A DNA stretch of 49,668 nt from Armatimonadota bacterium (GTDB taxonomy: Bacteria; Sysuimicrobiota; Sysuimicrobiia; Sysuimicrobiales; Humicultoraceae): the NCBI GenBank assembly GCA_037443365.1, contig JBBIOM010000008.1, positions 1 to 49,668 of the forward strand, read 5' to 3'. Below the pieces are notes generated by a model, which saw only the letters and a program-made list of their open reading frames with translations, made no database searches and was not told the DNA's origin. This document shows positions 47,874 to 49,668 of the stretch, in pieces. The position numbers were made by a program, and so were the translations under genes. The number at the start of each line of letters is the position of its first letter. Position 1 is the first letter of the stretch.

Positions 47874-48636
47874 ACCTAGACGCACGCCGCTGCGGCCGCC
47901 TCCCGATGAGACCGGCGCAGTGGGCGAGGTACTGTCACAGGAGCGGCTGGCCCGGCTCGCGGCCCTGGAGGAACGGCTGGGGGTGCGCTTCCGCGACCGG
48001 TCGCTGCTCGATCTTGCGCTGAGACACGGGTCTTTCAGCCACGAGCACGGTCACGACCCGGCCAAGAGCTACGAGCGGCTGGAGTTCCTGGGAGACGCGG
48101 TCCTGAGCCTGGTGGTGGCCGATGATCTCTACCGCAGGAACCCGGGCATGGACGAGGGCGGGCTCGCGAAGAACCGGGCCAGACTCGTGAACGAGGGCGC
48201 CCTTGCTTCGGCCGCGAGGCGACTGAACCTCGGCGACTACCTGATGCTGGGCCGTGGGGAAGAGAAGGGGGGAGGACGGCAGCGTTCCTCGATGCTGGCC
48301 GACGCCGTTGAGTCAGTGATCGGCGCGGTCTACGTGGACTCGGGCTACGGTGTGGCACACGCTCTCGTCACACGCTGGCTGGGAGAGCTCGTCGAGGACA
48401 TCCAGCGAGTCGGCGACGACTTCAAGAGCCAGCTCCAGGAACGGCTGCAGCGTCGCCGGCAGATGCCCAAGTACCGAATCGTCCGCTCCGAGGGCCCTGA
48501 GCACGCGCGCACGTTCGTCGCCGCGGTCGAAGCCGGCGGCAAGCAGCTCGGCGAGGGCAGGGGGCAGAGCAAGAAGGAAGCCGAACAGGAGGCGGCGGCC
48601 GATGCGCTGCGTCGCTTCGACGGCAGCGGGCAGTGA
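47866..48636 (+). CDS. rnc: Ribonuclease III
   Basis: [22 protein letters not shown], ds[10 protein letters not shown]…G.G.SKKEAEQ.AA. Confidence 0.97.
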   Translation: MRRPRRTPLRPPPDETGAVGEVLSQERLARLAALEERLGVRFRDRSLLDLALRHGSFSHEHGHDPAKSYERLEFLGDAVLSLVVADDLYRRNPGMDEGGLAKNRARLVNEGALASAARRLNLGDYLMLGRGEEKGGGRQRSSMLADAVESVIGAVYVDSGYGVAHALVTRWLGELVEDIQRVGDDFKSQLQERLQRRRQMPKYRIVRSEGPEHARTFVAAVEAGGKQLGEGRGQSKKEAEQEAAADALRRFDGSGQ

Positions 48637-49127
48637 AGCGGCTGTGGGCTCCGTGGCGCTACGCCTACATCGCCGCCCCGACCGTGAGCGGCTGCGTTCT
48701 CTGTGAGGCGCCGGCCTCAGGCGACGAGAAGGCCGCCCTCATCCTGCATCGGGCCCAGGACGGCTATCTTGTGCTCAACAAGTATCCATACAACACCGGG
48801 CACCTCATGGCCGTGCCGATCCGGCACGTCGCCCGGCCTGATGAGCTGACCCCGCGCGAGGGGGCAGAGCTCATGGCACTTGTGGGCCTGGGCATTCGCG
48901 CGCTGGCCCAAGCCATGGAACCCGACGGATTCAACGTCGGGATGAACCTGGGCCGCGCCGCGGGCGCCGGAATCGCCGACCATCTCCATCTCCACATTGT
49001 CCCGCGCTGGGCGGGCGATACCAACTTCATGCCGGTCCTAGGCGATGTCAAGGTGCTGCCCGAGCACCTCGATGATACGTACCGACGCCTGATCGCCGCC
49101 CTGGCCTCGCTGCGCGGGCCTGGATAG
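48633..49127 (+). CDS. HIT family hydrolase (Ap4A phosphorylase-like)
   Basis: LWAPWR, CVLC, LNKYPYNTGHLM, HLHLHIVPRW.GDTNF. Confidence 0.93.
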   Translation: MKRLWAPWRYAYIAAPTVSGCVLCEAPASGDEKAALILHRAQDGYLVLNKYPYNTGHLMAVPIRHVARPDELTPREGAELMALVGLGIRALAQAMEPDGFNVGMNLGRAAGAGIADHLHLHIVPRWAGDTNFMPVLGDVKVLPEHLDDTYRRLIAALASLRGPG

Positions 49128-49129
49128 GG

Positions 49130-49668
49130 ATGGCCCTGCCCGAGCGCGCCCGTCGCCGAGCGCGGAGGCTGGCCTTCCTTGCCCTGGCCCTTGCCGCGGC
49201 TGCTGTGCTCGTCCAACCCGAGTTCCTGCGGCAGGATGCCAGCCCTCCCGGATTCCGGACCGACGTGCTCGTGGTGGGCGGAAGCCCGGCAGGTGTGGCC
49301 GCTGCGCTTGCCGCTGCGCGCCAGGGCATGGTGGTCGTCCTGGCGGAGAGCCGACCATTCCTGGGAACGGTTCTGACCGGCGCCATGCTCAACATGGTGG
49401 ATATGAGCCGCGGATCCAATGGCGAGCACCTGGTCCAGGGGGTCTTCCTTGAGCTATATCGCGAGATCGGCGGAATCACCTTCGATCCGCGCAGGTTGCG
49501 CGCCGTCTTGCGGCGCAAGGTGGAGGCCGAGCCCGGGATAATCGCACTGCTGGGCGTAGAGCATGTTGAGCCCATCGTCGTGGAGGGCCGCCTGGCAGGT
49601 GCGTGGCTGCATCGAGCGGGTCAGGAGGCGATCCCTGTCCACGCCGAGGTTACCGTGGATGCCACCGA
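49130..49668 (+). CDS. FAD-dependent oxidoreductase with N-terminal signal/anchor (partial, runs off the window)
   Basis: Hand translation from ATG 49130: MALPERARRRARRLAFLALALAAAAVLV…DVLVVGGSPAGVAAALAAARQG…VDAT. Not in the ORF track because there is no stop. Confidence 0.85.
   Translation, partial: MALPERARRRARRLAFLALALAAAAVLVQPEFLRQDASPPGFRTDVLVVGGSPAGVAAALAAARQGMVVVLAESRPFLGTVLTGAMLNMVDMSRGSNGEHLVQGVFLELYREIGGITFDPRRLRAVLRRKVEAEPGIIALLGVEHVEPIVVEGRLAGAWLHRAGQEAIPVHAEVTVDAT

Overview
A GC-rich (roughly 70% by eye), densely coding, almost entirely + strand chromosomal segment. It looks like a diderm Terrabacteria-type organism: a secretin is present and the gene order is Firmicute/Actinobacterial. 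The exact taxon cannot be fixed from sequence alone. Contents in order: (1) a type IV pilus/competence cluster: minor pilin, pilMNO, an RsbRD_N-like + degenerate GGDEF protein, an antisense secreted repeat protein, pilD, pilP-like, pilQ, a TPR protein and a lipoprotein; (2) M24 peptidase-efp-nusB-ispA-tlyA-nadK-recN-pyrG-ilvE-xerD-deoB-punA-pdp; (3) an acyl-CoA catabolic block: hbd, acyl-CoA dehydrogenase, etfBA, FadF/EMO-type oxidoreductase and a B12 mutase with isobutyryl-CoA mutase signature residues; (4) ttuB-ttuA-trmI-ferredoxin; (5) SRPBCC, a DegT + Gfo/Idh/MocA pair, ECF S component, AIR-synthase-like protein, hslO; (6) rpmB, recG, an in-frame rsmD-coaD fusion, sepIVA-like, yceD, rpmF, plsX-fabH-fabD-fabG-acpP-fabF-rnc, HIT and a truncated FAD oxidoreductase. 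No tRNA, rRNA, CRISPR array or mobile element was seen. Main non-obvious signals: a repeated sigma-H-like promoter (AGG[A/G]-N17-GAA) before pilM, pilPQ, the antisense pilus-locus gene and recG; a predicted catalytically dead GGDEF with an intact I-site inside the pil operon; a closed structured nusB leader that also reads as a leaderless, coupled 33-codon uORF; a TtuB with a masked C-terminal GG; the rsmD-coaD fusion; and a FabG missing catalytic residues. All calls come from manual motif reading; no searches were run.
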